Shown here: in pieces, positions 1 through 12,624 of the stretch | Layout: every line of letters starts with the position of its first letter | Position numbering within the stretch: the stretch's first letter is position 1 | DNA from: Hemiscyllium ocellatum | Lineage: Eukaryota | DNA: 64,000 nt | Reading direction: 5' to 3' | Assembly: GCF_020745735.1 (NCBI RefSeq) | Contig: NC_083403.1 | Span: 102,944,378-103,008,377, forward strand | Program-made: the position numbers and the translations under genes | The notes under the pieces: generated by a model | Seen by the model: only the letters and a program-made list of their open reading frames with translations | The model's database searches: none | Told to the model about the DNA's origin: nothing

Positions 1-779
1 ACAGCAAGCCTGAGCCTATCTCTATTGAAAGATGAGTGCAGCAAGATTTTCTGCTATCTCCACCTGATTTAACATTCTTTACAAGTTATAAGGGACAGCA
101 TACATGTTCAGATATTTTCAAAAGTATTATGGTATTCTATTTTGTTGATTATAAAATGCTAATTGCTCTGCCTTGCAATCTTATCTGCTCTTTTGCATTA
201 CATTGGACAGTGATGGAGTAGAATAGTGGATGCCTCAAAATATTGCGATTTTATACAGCTATAATTAGTTTTAAAAGTATGACTTCAATGGTGCAAAAAT
301 GTTTGTTCTAATCATGTATTCAAATTGCAAAGGCTGAAGTCCTAAGCATTGAAATAAAACTATTATTTTGTAACTTGAAAATTTCCATTGGGGTTTCTCT
401 AAGCTTCAACTAAAACTTAGGTGGAAACCTCAGGGAATCCCACATATCAAAAGAAATCTTGTGAAATTCTCAAGTTTACGACAATTTGGGCTCTACATTG
501 CATTGATACGTTTGGTTGACATTTATATAAGGGAGCACTGCAGAGCGGAATGACACTTACTTTAATCTTTGTTTAAAGGTGTGACCTGTATTGCAATAAA
601 CTTGGAAGTTTAACGTGGTTTCTTCTGATCCTTGGAATTTACTGAGGTTTCCACCTACATGCACTTAATGCAAAGAGTCTTACGGGTAGATCTCTCATAA
701 TGTTCCTCAAATGAGACCATTCGGGTAGAATTTTAAAAGGGGGCAGTCACCTTGGAGGTGTGCTGTAAACCCCCAAGCA

Positions 780-1660
780 GTTGGGGAGAGATAGAAAGAT
801 GGATATGCAGACAAATATCAGCAGTGTAAAATTAAATGGGTTATAATAGTTGGGGATTTCAACTTTCCCAATGTTAACATGAATAGCCACTGTGTAAAAG
901 GCTTAGAGAGACAAGAATTCTTAGTGTCCAGGAGAATTTTTAAAGCCAGCACATAGAAAACCCTTTGAGGGGACAGTGCTGGACCTACTTTTAGGGGACC
1001 ACAAAAAATAGGAATAGGAGTAGGCTGTTCAGCTCCTCGAGCCTGCTCCACCATTCAAAAGGATCATAGCTGATGGACACTCCTCGTGTCTATTTTCCCA
1101 GCTTTCCCAATAATCCTGATCAAGAATCTGAGGCTTAAACATACACATAAGCACTGTGTTCCCCACATCGCTCTGTGGCAAGGAGTTGCAAAGACACTGA
1201 GAAAAGAAATACCACCTCATCTCCAACTTAAATTCTAAATTCCAATGAGTATAGTCTCAAATGGTCTAATCTTTGTTCATAAGAAAATTCCTCCATACTG
1301 AGCATCACTCTAAAGAATTTCCTCTGAACTGACTTTAATGAAATAAGAGGATCAAAACTGGTCCCAGTCCTTCAGATATAGTCTCACTAGCACCATGTAC
1401 AGTTGCAGTAAGACTTCCCCACTCTTATACTTCAATCCCTTGAAATAAGGACCAACACTTCATGCTTCTTTCTGACTACTTGCTTCACCTGTGTACTAGC
1501 TTTCTGTTTTATGTGTAAAAACCCCCAAGTCCCTTTGTATTGCAGCTTTCTACAGTTTATTTCCATTTCTTGTTATTTTTTTCTCCCTTCCAAAATGAAC
1601 AATTTCAAATTTTCTCAGATACTCCATTTACCAACTTTTTACCCATTTAATCTATCATTG
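780..1660. mobile_element. Decayed CR1/L2-type LINE fragments (+ strand endonuclease piece ~780-1000; - strand 3' piece ~1010-1660)
   Basis: IVGDFNFP-like endonuclease motif near 845-870. The ATAGGAGTAGGC..TTCAGC..CTCGAGCCTGCTCC tail motif recurs at ~5850, ~9135 and ~13770. Confidence 0.6.
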
Positions 1661-2065
1661 TTTGATACAAACAATTTATAGAGACAATTTTATAGTTTAA
1701 ATTTTAAAGGCACTGGTTTTTCCACTGACAGGAAAAGATTAATGATAATTACATGTACCTTTGATTTACATGCTAATATTAGTAAATGGGCAAAGGTAAC
1801 TCTTTCAGTGATGTGTGAGGAGGAATGCAGAACTAGGCCATAGAGAAGGAACCACAATACATAACACACAATGGTTTTTTTTATTTTATGGTGGTGCAGA
1901 CCCAATGGGTCGAAGCCCTGTTGTGTACTTTATGGTCCCAGCTGATGTTATTGTCAGGCAAGTCAGATCCCAGACTGAAACCTGGCTTGATTAAAAATGC
2001 TTTGATTTGGTTTATAACAAAATGCCCTTTTTCCCAAGCATAAGTGTGAAAAGGTGCAAATATTC

Positions 2066-2340
2066 AGCACAGTGGCTCAGTGGTTAGCGCTGCTGCCTCT
2101 CTGCCAAGGACCCGGGTTTGATTCCAGCCTTGGGTGATGATCTGTGTGGACTTTGCACATTCTCCCAGTGTCTGTGTGGGTACCCTCCAGGTGCTCCGGT
2201 TATAGGTTAGGTGCATTAGTCAGGGGAAATGTAGAGGAATAGGATAGGGGAATGGATCTGGGTGGGTTACTCTTCAGAGGGATTGGTGTGGACTTGTTGG
2301 GCCAAAGGCCTGTTTCCACAAAGTTGGGATTCTATGAATT
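2066..2340 (+). mobile_element. HE1-like tRNA-derived V-SINE (older copy)
   Basis: A-box TGGCTCAGTGG, B-box-like GGTTTGATTCC, V-domain-like TTGCACATTCTCCCAGTGTCTGTGTGGG, LINE-derived tail GGACTTGTTGGGCCAAAGGCCTGTTTCC. Confidence 0.8.
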
Positions 2341-2479
2341 CATGAATATTCACTTTTAACTATAAAAAATAAAGATAAAATAGAAGAAACCAAACTAACA
2401 ACTTTTAACACAAATTTTAAAGACTTTTTAAGCACAGTTCATTCATCTCAAAACACAGGTTTATAAATTGAAGAGGAAA

Positions 2480-3050
2480 AGGGGTGGGTATCTATTACAA
2501 GGGATTCTGAAGGACAGAAGTAAACTGCATTTGGAAGGCAGGAATTAATCAAGGACAGTCAAAATAACTTTCAGGGGAGGTCATATCTGACAAATTCTAT
2601 TGAATTTTCTTAAGAAATAACCAGTTAAGGGCAATTCTTTTGATGTAGATTACTTGGATTTCAGCAAAGCTTTTGATAAGGTTACATATGGGAGACTAAT
2701 AGCAAAGATAACAGCCCAGGGGATCCAATGAAATTTGACAAATTGGAACCATAATTGGCTGAGTGGCAGGAAGCAGGAGGTGATGATTAAGGAGTGATTT
2801 TTTTAGTCTATGTCCAGTGGGGTCCTACAGGGATCACTATTGCAGTTCTTGCTGTATGAGGTTTACATAAATGATTCAGATTTGATTGTGGGAGGAGGGT
2901 TAGTGATTAAGATATATTGTGAGGGGCAAGGACAGGGTAGACAGGAAGGATGTTTTTACCCTTGATGGAGGAATCCATGATCAGTGGACATAGATTTAAA
3001 GTAAGGTGTACAATGCTAGGAGTTGAGGTAAAAGATTTTCACTGCAAGAC
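2480..3050 (+). mobile_element. Decayed CR1 ORF2 (RT) fragment
   Basis: YLDFSKAFDKV motif at ~2650-2683 and an SGVLQGS-like motif at ~2815-2836. Confidence 0.7.
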
Positions 3051-3057
3051 TTGAAAC

Positions 3058-3270
3058 TACAAGACGACTCCCGTATCTGCAAGTCGGGTTTCCGCGGTTT
3101 CAGTTACCTGCAATTTTTGGGATGTAGGGAACATTCCAGAACCAAGGACCAGGAGGCTGCCAGAAAGAAACATTTCCTTTTAAATGAATGAGTTTGCACC
3201 TATCCAGGTTTCAGGCTTCCGCAGTAGATCTTGGAATGTATCCCCCGTGGGTACGGAAGGTACTATGGTA
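3058..3270. mobile_element. Possible pogo/Tigger-like MITE
   Basis: Degenerate terminal inverted repeats (TACAAGACGACTCCCGTATCTGC ... GTGGGTACGGAAGGTACTATGGTA) bounded by TA; CpG-rich relative to flanks. Confidence 0.4.
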
Positions 3271-4928
3271 TTTAATTTGCATGCTCAATTTTGTACCACC
3301 TTCTATTTGAATATATTACCATTCAGCAGATGCTGTCCAACTTAGCTAAAATGCTTGATTTTTTTTTCTGTACCTTGTATCAAACTGTATTAAAATAAGT
3401 GGGGATATGAAAAAAACTGTGGTCTTGTTTTGTTAATTGCTTATATAATGACACTGAATTGGATGTGAAATCCACCAGCTGCAATTATGCAACTTGATTT
3501 TAAGATGGAATATTGTTTCTTTGTGTTAAACAGTGCACTATCTCAATCTTATGGTTTGAGAGCAATATTTTGTTTCTATAATCTACATCAAGGTATATGA
3601 ATTGTTTAGACATCATATCATTTAAATGGTTTCTTTACTGAAACATTAAATACTTTAAAGATATGCAGTTCAAGGTTTTGCCCCTTTTTATGTTCTCTCT
3701 CCTTTTTTGATCTCAGCAGTTTTTTAAATGGGCCATGGCTACCCTGAAAATTAAGTTAATGCAAACATCTGTGACTTGAGTCAATCTCCTACATGAACGT
3801 TAGGTATCCAATAGTTCAATTGTAATTTTTGACCAGCTCAGACTCAGTGGTTCAAAGGGCCTTTTTCTGTGCTATAGACCTCTATGACTATTTTCATTGA
3901 ATTTGATTTGTAATAATTTTCTTTGCAAGTTCAGAAATTTGGCAGGGATGTGAGATTGTTTCAAACCTAATTCCTCGTCCTTCTGTTCATTAAGGTGGGG
4001 CAAGCTCCCAAATTCTGTCATTCATCACATCCTAATATATGTTGTATTTGTGTCTCCCATCATAGATTTGTATACTGTACATACCATCCATTGAGTTTTA
4101 TCGTGTTCAGTCTATTCCTTGTTTTCATAAATTTCCTCCGGATTTATTAGTTTTGGGAAAGGAGGAGTGCTTTACTTTTCTGAAAGCCCCAACCCTCCCA
4201 GACAGCCTTTTCTATTTATGCTCAAAAATGAAGTGGGAGAAAATAAAACAGAATTTTAAATTAACAACCCTCCATCTTCTCCAGTCTTGCAACTCGCTGG
4301 AATCTCTGCAATTCAATTCTGATATCATGTGTGCATCTCTTATTCCTATTGCTACATGTGACTTCAGCTGCATAGGCCCCAAGATTGGAAATTCCCTTCC
4401 TATGATAGCTCACCTCTCTGCTTCTCTCTCCTCCTTCCAGACACCCCATAAAACCTAGCTGGCCTAATATTTGGTCACCTGTCACATCTGTTTGGCTCAG
4501 GGTCACATTATGTCTGATCTCACACTTATGAAATTGGAATGTTATGATGTTAGAGGTCTTATGTAGATATAAATTATTGTCTGATAACTGATGGATTGTT
4601 ACCCTTTAATGAGTCAGCAGGGTGCCATTGTGTTAAATGTCTAATTCCTGATTTTGAACTAAGAATTAGGACAGCAATACTTGCCTACAATTATCCTCTT
4701 TTTCAAGTTGATTTTTTCATTGAGAAAGTGTGATTGGTTAACTGGTCTGTAATTTCTTTATCATATTGGCCAGGCAACTTCGAACATGTAAAATGTACAG
4801 AAGAATGTTGATTCTTGAATTGTTAAGTCAGTTTTTGGAAGACCAACATTTTTCATTAGAAGGGAAACAATGTTTGAAATACATTGCAATGCTTTCTTAA
4901 AGAAACATTTAAATACGTTTTATTTTAG

Positions 4929-5016
4929 AAATATAGTGTCCACTGTCAATCTGGGTTGTAAACTGGACCTGAAGACAATAGCTCTTCGAGCAAGAAATGC
5001 TGAATATAATCCAAAG
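4929..5016 (+). CDS. TBP: TATA-box binding protein, coding exon (equivalent to human exon 4); upstream poly-Q exon is outside the window
   Basis: Acceptor ttttAG|A and donor AAG|GTggg; 88 nt encoding [29 protein letters not shown], the TBP core repeat 1. Confidence 0.97.
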
Positions 5017-5829
5017 GTGGGTGGCTGTGCACCTGTGATTTTATGTATGTGTGCCTGAATGGTTTAGTGAAATATCTTCAAAAGATTTATAACAAAAAGT
5101 ATTAGAGGTGAATCCACTTCCCACATGCTTAAGAATTATTTAGGGACAGGAGCAAGGAAGGTTTGTGGTGGGGAAAAAGATATTGGAATAGGATCAAGTG
5201 AGAAGTCTTGATGTGATACTTTTCTTTCTCTCGTATTCAAAAATGCCATCTCTGTCACAGTTTTTCAAAATGTTGCTCTTCTCCTTTTAAAGTCTTTGTT
5301 TACATGACAGGCGCAATATCTTTCAGCCCAAGAAGATTAAATATAATTCCTGGAGATGAAACTGAAGCAGAATTCAGCAAAGAATAACTTCAGTTGTGTA
5401 GAGGTTTGAGCACCATAAACAACAACAGCCCTCTCCAAGCTTTGAGGGCAGTTGCTGAGTACGATTATTCCATTTCAATCACTCATTGAAATGTATAAAA
5501 TTCTTAACTGGTCAAGCATTAATGGGAACTGAGAGGCTGCTTCTCCTATGGGAGAGTCTATAATCTTGAAGGGGAGTTGATGAGAAATTTCATTTGTGTG
5601 GCCACTCTATGAAATTCTTAATCCCCCTGTTGTGCATGCTTAGTCAATGAGTATATTTAAGAGTGTGTTTTACAGATATTTGGCTACACTCGAAAGAGGG
5701 TTATAGAGGTAATGGGAAAATGGAGTTTATGGAGTCTCAAATATCGTGCAACCAAATGCAAAGTAAAGCTCCTCTCCTCTTCCTCAACTTTAATCTGAAA
5801 AGAACACCCCATTATTGTGATGAATAATA

Positions 5830-6740
5830 CGACCGTAAGACATAAAAGCAGAATTAGAACATTTGGCACATTGAGTCTGCTCTGCTATTCGATCATATAT
5901 TTTTTAACCCCATTCTTCTGCCTTCTCCTCATAACTCTTGATCCTTTTACCAATTAAGAACCAATCTATCTCTGTTTTAAATTCACTCAATGGCTTCTAT
6001 GGCAATGAGTTCCACAGATTAATGACCCTCAGGCTGAAAGAACTCATCCTTATCTCAGTCCTAAAGGGTAATCCCTAGACTGTGCCCTAGGATCCTAGTG
6101 TCTCTGTCTAGCAGAAACATTTTGTACATGTGGACTGTATCCAGGCCTACACACCCTGCACACCACCCTCACCCCTGCACACACCACCACCCCCACACAC
6201 ACTCAGTTCCTCATATCACAGGCGCTGGGTTAATTCTTGTCAACCATCTCCAGAATCTCTCAATGCCATAACATCCTTCCTTGGATACGGGGCCCAAAGC
6301 TGCTCACAATGTTCCATTTATGGAGATACCAGAGCCTTCTACAGCCTCAGCAGTACATTTCTATTCATCAGTTCCAACCTCTTGAAATTAATGCTCACAT
6401 TCTATTTGCCTACCTAACTGCAAACTGAACCTGTATGTTGACATTAAGATAATCCTAAACGTGGACTCCCAAGTCCCTTTGTGCTTCGGATTTCCAAAGC
6501 CTTTCCCCATTTACATCTCTAATTGTCCTACCAATGTGCATATCCTCAGACTTAACCACATATTCCATCTGCCATATCTTTGCCCACTCTCTCAGCCTGT
6601 CCAAGTCCTTCCGCAACCTCAACACTACTTTTGTCTCCACCCGTTTTTTTTTGTCAGCTGCAAACTTAACAATAATGCCTTCAATTCCTTTGTCCACATC
6701 TTTAATGTATAACATGAAGAGTTGTGTCCCTAAAAGAGTG
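5830..6740 (-). mobile_element. CR1/L2 LINE 3' fragment
   Basis: ORF 6455..6715 (-) has KFAAD..DLDRLREWAKIWQMEY..QRDLGV; LINE tail near 5830-5890; CA-rich low-complexity insert at ~6150-6200. Confidence 0.8.
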
Positions 6741-6857
6741 TAATGTCAGACTCTGAATGGGTTTTCCTCAGTGTTAATAGACAATAGAATTTCCAGTATT
6801 ACCAGGGCATACAGGGGATTATTGACCACCGTCTAACCCAAGACTTGTCTGTTCCAG

Positions 6858-6949
6858 CGTTTTGCTGCTGTCATCATGAGAATCCGGGAGCCTCGTACAA
6901 CTGCACTTATTTTCAGCTCTGGAAAAATGGTGTGCACTGGCGCAAAGAG
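6858..6949 (+). CDS. TBP: TBP coding exon (human exon 5 equivalent)
   Basis: ttccAG|CGT ... AAGAG|GTatg; 92 nt, [31 protein letters not shown]; phases compatible with both neighbours. Confidence 0.97.
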
Positions 6950-7029
6950 GTATGATCATTATTAATTTATCAATGCTCTGATTAAAATTACTATTCTTAA
7001 CTTGCTTTAGAGTTCATGGTAAAATATAA

Positions 7030-7250
7030 AATGAATTGCAAATGCTGAAGATCTGAAGCAAAACAGAAATTGCTGGAGAAACTCAACAGGTCTGACAGCA
7101 TCAACAGAAAGAACACAACATTAATGTTTCAAGTCCAGTGACCCTTCTTCAGAACACTGAGGAAGGTTCACCGGATTCTATATTTTAACTCTGCTTTCTC
7201 TCCACATGTTGCCAGACCTGTTGAGTTTCTCCAGCAATTTTTCTTTTTGT
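7030..7250. mobile_element. Short Penelope-like terminal-repeat element, inverted (tail-to-tail) structure
   Basis: Arms GAAATTGCTGGAGAAACTCAACAGGTCTGACAGCAT and ATGTTGCCAGACCTGTTGAGTTTCTCCAGCAATTT; hammerhead-like core on - at 7121-7152. Same family as the end of the GIY-YIG element at 35550. Confidence 0.7.
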
Positions 7251-8240
7251 TTTGGTTATGTTTATCATGCCTGTGCAATAATAACCTTAATGGATGCTAA
7301 TCTCCCTTTCTCCTTTTTCCTTGTCAAATGGCAATAACTGTCTGGGAACATTAATGTTAAGTCTTCAGTGAAATGTCAGTCTTGGTGCATGTTGCTCTTC
7401 TGACCTAACTTACTAAAAGAGGCACACCATCAAAGTGATTGTTATTTACATAGGAGGTTAGACCAGTGTTGCCTGATTCTTGCCTTTCATGTAAAGAACT
7501 ATCCCTTTCCATCATAGGGAGAAAAGAAGACTTTATCTTTCAAACAACTGATTTCTAGAGTCCAGGCATTGATTGCTTGATTATTTTACATTCATGGCAG
7601 GTTTGATTTAATTGGTTTAATATATATTTTGAAACAGTTTAAGAAACTAGGTAATGCAATTTTGTTTTAAGGATACATTAGTATGGATTTTGTTTTGTTT
7701 TCATTAAATTTATATGTAAAGGTGGTAGCACACTGGTAGGATTTTGCATAAAAGGACTTGTGGGAACAAAAATACATTACACTGCGATTGTGTAGAATTA
7801 CTTCATCCATTGTGCGCTCTGTCTACACTTTTTCTTTTCATTTTGAATTCCACAATTGACTTTTTAATAGTCACTTGCTGTAATACATTTTCTAATCTGC
7901 TAGTCCCTTGAATAAAAATATGCCCCTTGATCATTACCATGCCTTATGTTAACAATTCATATTGAGATAGTTATTTTTGTTAAGCAAATACAGATGAGAA
8001 CTTGAGCACTCTCTCTTTTTTCTCTTCCCATCCCCACCTCCACCTGCCCGAGTACTTTAGAATGTTTTAATTTGTTACTTAAATTTAATATTTTTATCTT
8101 TTTGACTTGATTTTAATGTCTTTCGTTAGAGGACAAGACTATCTAATACAACTTTTACAAGTTGTGCCTGGTAGCAAATGATTATTGTTTTCAGTGCTAG
8201 TAGAAAAATAATGAGTAATAAACCTTGTTTCCTGTTGCAG

Positions 8241-8408
8241 TGAAGAACAGTCACGTTTGGCAGCAAGAAAATATGCAAGGGTTGTACAGAAATTGGGATT
8301 CCCAGCTAAGTTTCTGGATTTCAAGATTCAAAACATGGTGGGCAGTTGTGATGTGAAATTTCCCATTCGACTAGAGGGCCTGGTGCTCACTCATCAGCAA
8401 TTTAGCAG
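8241..8408 (+). CDS. TBP: TBP coding exon (human exon 6 equivalent)
   Basis: ttgcAG|T ... AGCAG|GTaaa; 168 nt, [56 protein letters not shown]. Confidence 0.97.
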
Positions 8409-9425
8409 GTAAAAAAAAATGGGAAGATGTCAGAAGGCTTCAATTAGAGGACAATGTTTAAAACAGTAATGTTTACATATACTGATTTCTGTAGAGAAAG
8501 GAAGCTTTAAGTTTATCTGTTAAGTACAAAGATACATGAATCATTACAACAAAAAAATTAAGTTTTTGAACGTTCATTTCATGGGCTGCATGGCTGCCTG
8601 TTGAGTTTAGTGGGTTCAAGTCCCATTCCAAATGACTTCAGCACATAATCCAGGCTGACAGTCTGCAGTAATGTAACCTTCCCTCAATGTCAACTACGTT
8701 CATGGGTTTTTTGCCATCTTACCCAAACCTCATCTTGTTTAGTTTCTTACATTGTCGCATAATTTCTGGGCCTAAATTAGATTTCAAAAGAAAGGAAAAG
8801 CTCATCAGCAATGGATAATAAAAGTGGATAGTATTTGTTTGCAGCATCCCTACTAGAATGAAACGTGGTCTAAATCATTGCATTTCGCTCATTAAACGGG
8901 GAAATACATTTATATCTTGCAACTATTTCAGTCAGCATCTTTGAAGTGTATTGATATCATGTTTGCAGTGTTTAATTAATGTAGAATATTAAAATATTGA
9001 ATTAGGTATACAATTTAAACTTTAAATTCCAGTATTACACAACCCAGAATAAAAACGTGTTTAACCCAAAGGGACCTTGCACATATCCTTCTGATCTCTT
9101 CTGCTTTGTACTTCAGATACAAAGAAGGTACAAGAATAGGCCATTTGTCTCACAAGCTTGCTGTGCTATTTAATAAGCTCATAACTGATCTGATTTGTAA
9201 CATCAAATCCACATTTCGAGTCTACCCTTGATAACCTTTCATCCACTGTTTTCCAAAGAGTCTATTCACCCCAACCTTTAAAAATATTCAAAAACTTTTC
9301 AGGAAGTATTCCAAAGAGAGACAACCCTTTACAAGAGAATAATTTGCTGTAACTCATTTTGAAAATTATTCCTAATTTAAGATTCTCCCGTAAGAAGAAA
9401 TATCCTCACTACCTCTACTGTCAAG

Positions 9426-9986
9426 TGTGATGATGCTGTCAATTTAAAAAGGTTATTTTGTCATTGGTTTTCTTTTGAGAGGTTGGAAAGGCAGAGGTAC
9501 TGAAAGGCAGAAAGAAGATAATTTAAGAATGGAAGGGGAGTGGCCAGTTCTCCCAGTTCAAGTTTTTTCTAGTTTATTTTAGCTGTAGTAGTCACAAGAT
9601 GTGAGAGTCCATGGGAGTTGCAAGCTTCAGTAAAGAACTCCTCTGACCTTTTTCTGAATTCTCTTTGGACGTTGTTCCCTTCTGCCTGTAAGAATCTGTG
9701 TTTGAATTTGCCTTTTTGCCAAGGGGTATGTTTAAGGGATGTTATTGTATTAGAACTTTTAATTAGTAATAGTTACTGTATTAGGCCGATTACTTTTTCC
9801 AATTGCTATTATTCTAAATTCTCTTTTGTCATGTTTAAATAAATTCTGTTCTGCTTAAAGTTGAGTTGTTTGACAAGCTGCATCACACCTGGAATATCCA
9901 TTTCACACCTGCCTTTAAAATAAGAAAAAGTTTGGGTCTAGGCTACCTTTATTAAAATATTTTGAGGGGTGGCCTGGTCCATAACA
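9426..9986 (+). mobile_element. Gypsy solo LTR
   Basis: TGTGATGATG ... GGTCCATAACA termini, 4-bp TSD CAAG/CAAG, AATAAA at 9838-9843. Reverse complement of the LTR family at 30434-31040, 33453-34041 and 55190-56083. Confidence 0.85.
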
Positions 9987-10109
9987 CAAGATACCTCATG
10001 ATCTTCTATTTTCATTCAAGTCACCTCTTAGGCTTCTAAACATAATTGATTACAAGCCTAGCCTGTCCAAACTTCCCTCATAAGATAAGCCACCATTCTG
10101 AATATTAGG

Positions 10110-10310
10110 AGAAACTGAGGTCTATGGATACTGAAGTAGTCAGTCGAAAAGAGTGGCACTGGAAAAGCACAGCAGGTCAGGCAGCTTCCGGGGAGCAGGA
10201 AAGTCTATGTTTTAGTTATTCCTAATGAAGGGCTTATGGCCAAAACATTGACTCTCCTGCACCTTGGATGCTGTATGACCTGCTGTGCTTTTCCAGCATC
10301 ACCCTTTCCC
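10110..10310. mobile_element. Short Penelope-like inverted element (degraded)
   Basis: CTGGAAAAGCACAGCAGGTCAGGCAGC ... GACCTGCTGTGCTTTTCCAG arms; degraded core CTAATGAAGGGCTTATGGCCAAAAC. Confidence 0.7.
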
Positions 10311-11130
10311 ATTCTGATATTAGTCTGGTAAACCTGTTCTGAACTGCTTTCAGCACCTTCATTCCAATACTGTATGCAGTACTGCAGATGTAGTCTCATT
10401 GCACAAGGTATTAAAAAGCATGACTTCCCTCCTTTTATATTCAATTTCTCTTGCAATTAATAATATTCTATTCGCTTTCCAAAGTTGCTTGTTGTACCTG
10501 CATATAGGCTATTCATAGACAATTCATGCACGAGAGCATTAAGATCTCTCTGTAATCTGTCTCCATTTAGAAGCCATACTACTTTATTCTTCTCGCCAAG
10601 TTGAACCTTTTCACGTTTTCCCCCATTGTATTCCATTTGTCAGATATTGCCCATTCACTTGACCTATCTAATCTTTCTGTAGCCTCCTTATGTGCTCTGT
10701 GCATCAATAACATGTTTGGCAACTATCCCTTTTATCCAAGTTATTTCTATAAATGTTTAGCAGTGAAGTCCTATCACTCCTACTCGTGTGGCATTTTACT
10801 TGTTACCCTTTCCAATTTGAAAAAGATCCAATTATATCTGTTCTCTACTTCCTGTTAGCCAGTCAATCTTCTATCCTTGCTAATCCCTCCACCATGAACC
10901 TTCATTTTCTGCAATTACCTTTGTATTGAAGTTTGTTTACTGAAAATCTAACTACAGCATGTCAACCAGTTCCACTTTATCCACAGCGCATGTTATCTCC
11001 TCAAAGAACTCCTATATTAACTGAACATGATTTCCCTTCCATGGACTTGTTGGTATCTGGGTATGATACAGATATGCAAGAGATCCTGAGTTCAAATCCT
11101 AGGCAAGCCCTGATTGCTTGCCTTCAGTTT

Positions 11131-11470
11131 AAGGGTGGCTCAGCAGTTAGGACTGCTGCCTCAGCGCCAGGGATCCGGGTTTAATTCCAGCCTTTAGTGA
11201 CTGTCTAGTTTGTACATTCTCCCAGTGTCTGCATGGGTTTCTGTTAAGTGCTGTAGTTTCTTTCCACAATCCAATGATGTGCAGGTTAGGTGGATTGGCC
11301 ATGCTACATTTTCTGTAGTATTCAGGGATATGCAGGCTAGTCATGGTAAATGTAGGATTATAGGGTGGGGTAGGAGGCTGGGGCTGGATCTGGGTGGGAT
11401 GCTCTTCTGAAGATCAGTGCAGACTCGATGGGTTGAATGGCCTCTTTTTGCATTGTAGGGATTCTGTGAA
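11131..11470 (+). mobile_element. HE1-like V-SINE
   Basis: tRNA-like head GGTGGCTCAGCAGTTAGGACTGCTGCCTCAGC, V-domain and LINE-like tail. Confidence 0.8.
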
Positions 11471-11569
11471 ACCAGGGTAAAAAATGAGGTCTGCAGATGC
11501 TGGAGATCACAGTTGAAAATGTGTTGCTGGTTAAAGCACAGCAGGTCAGGCAGCATCCAAGGAATAGGA

Positions 11570-11605
11570 AATTCGACGTTTCGGGCATAAGCCCTTCATC
11601 AGGTT
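11570..11605 (-). ncRNA. Minimal hammerhead ribozyme motif (opposite arm)
   Basis: CUGAUGA-A-GGGC-UUAU-GCCC-GAA-ACGU-C with GUC triplet; stem I 5' strand is truncated by the palindrome junction. Confidence 0.65.
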
Positions 11606-11640
11606 CCTGATGAAGGGCTTATGCCCGAAACATCGAATTT
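11601..11640 (+). ncRNA. Minimal type I hammerhead ribozyme motif
   Basis: AGGUUC-CUGAUGA-A-GGGC-UUAU-GCCC-GAAAC-AUC-GAAUUU: 6-bp stem I (with GU pairs), 4-bp stem II. Stem III ACAU is a probable CpG decay of ACGU. Confidence 0.7.
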
Positions 11641-11849
11641 CCTATTCCTTGGATGCTGCCTGACCTGCTGTGCTTTAACCAGCAACACATTTTCAATTCT
11701 GTGAAACCATGTTGACTCTGCCTTGATTACTTTGGGCTTTTCTAAATGCCCAGTTTCAACTTTTTTAATGTATTCTAATTTTTCTTGATGATATGTTAGG
11801 CTAACTGGCCTGCAGTTTGCTGCTTACTGTCTTCCTTTATAGTCAAAAA

Positions 11850-12430
11850 GACATCAGAGCAGACATTGGCTTTTCAGCCCATTGAGTTTGCTGTGCGATT
11901 TAAAGAGCTTATGGTTGATGTGATCATTCTCAACTTTACTTTTCTGCCTTTTCCCTATAACCCTTTCTTCTCTTACAAATCTGTCTGTCTCAACCATAAA
12001 TATATTTAATGACCCACTCTCAGCAGACCTTTGCGATAACAAATTCCACTGATTCACAAGTCTCTGAGAGAAAAATTCCTCCCTATCTGTTTTAAGCGTG
12101 CATCTCTTTATTCTGAGATTATGCCCACTGGTCCTAGACACTCCCACAATGGGGGGGGGGCGGGGAAAAAGGCCTTTCCACATCTACTCTGTCAAGTACC
12201 CTAAGGATCTTATCTGTTTCAATAAGGTTGCCTCATATCCTTCTATATTTCAATGCGTGCAAGTCCAATCTACTCAACCACTCCCCATAAGGAATTCCTC
12301 AAACCTAATATTAGCCTTGTGAACTTTCTCTGATTGACCCCAATGTCAGTATATCTTTCCTTAGATAAGGGGCTCAAAACCGTTGACGGTAATCCAGCTA
12401 TGGTCTGTCTAGTGATTTGCGTAGTTTTTG
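11850..12430 (-). mobile_element. CR1/L2 LINE 3' fragment
   Basis: ORF 11854..12183 (-) SRTSGHNLRIK..FFSQRLVNQWNLL, a typical CR1 ORF2 C-terminus. Confidence 0.75.
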
Positions 12431-12624
12431 AATGAGTTATTAAATTTGCTATCTTCTAATAGAACCTTCCCTGAATCCTACTTTCTTTCAGACTAAAGAT
12501 CACCTTAATGTTTCATTTTAAAATAGTTAAAATAAATTTTTTCTATTGGTTTCTATTTTTCTGGCTAGCTTTCTTTCGTACTGTTAATTGGTCCGTTACT
12601 TGATCCGTTGCTGATAGTCATAAT

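Larger units (their letters stand above)
9130..10930 (-). mobile_element. Decayed CR1/L2 LINE interrupted by a solo LTR and a Penelope-like piece
   Basis: Tail motif at ~9135; RLHLQYCIQYW in ORF 10205..10456 (-). Confidence 0.6.
11475..11696. mobile_element. Young palindromic Penelope-like element with 14-bp TSD
   Basis: Arms 11513-11603 and 11606-11696 (91 bp, 1 mismatch, 2-nt loop); flanking direct repeat ATTCTGTGAAACCA at 11461-11474 and 11696-11709. Confidence 0.85.
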
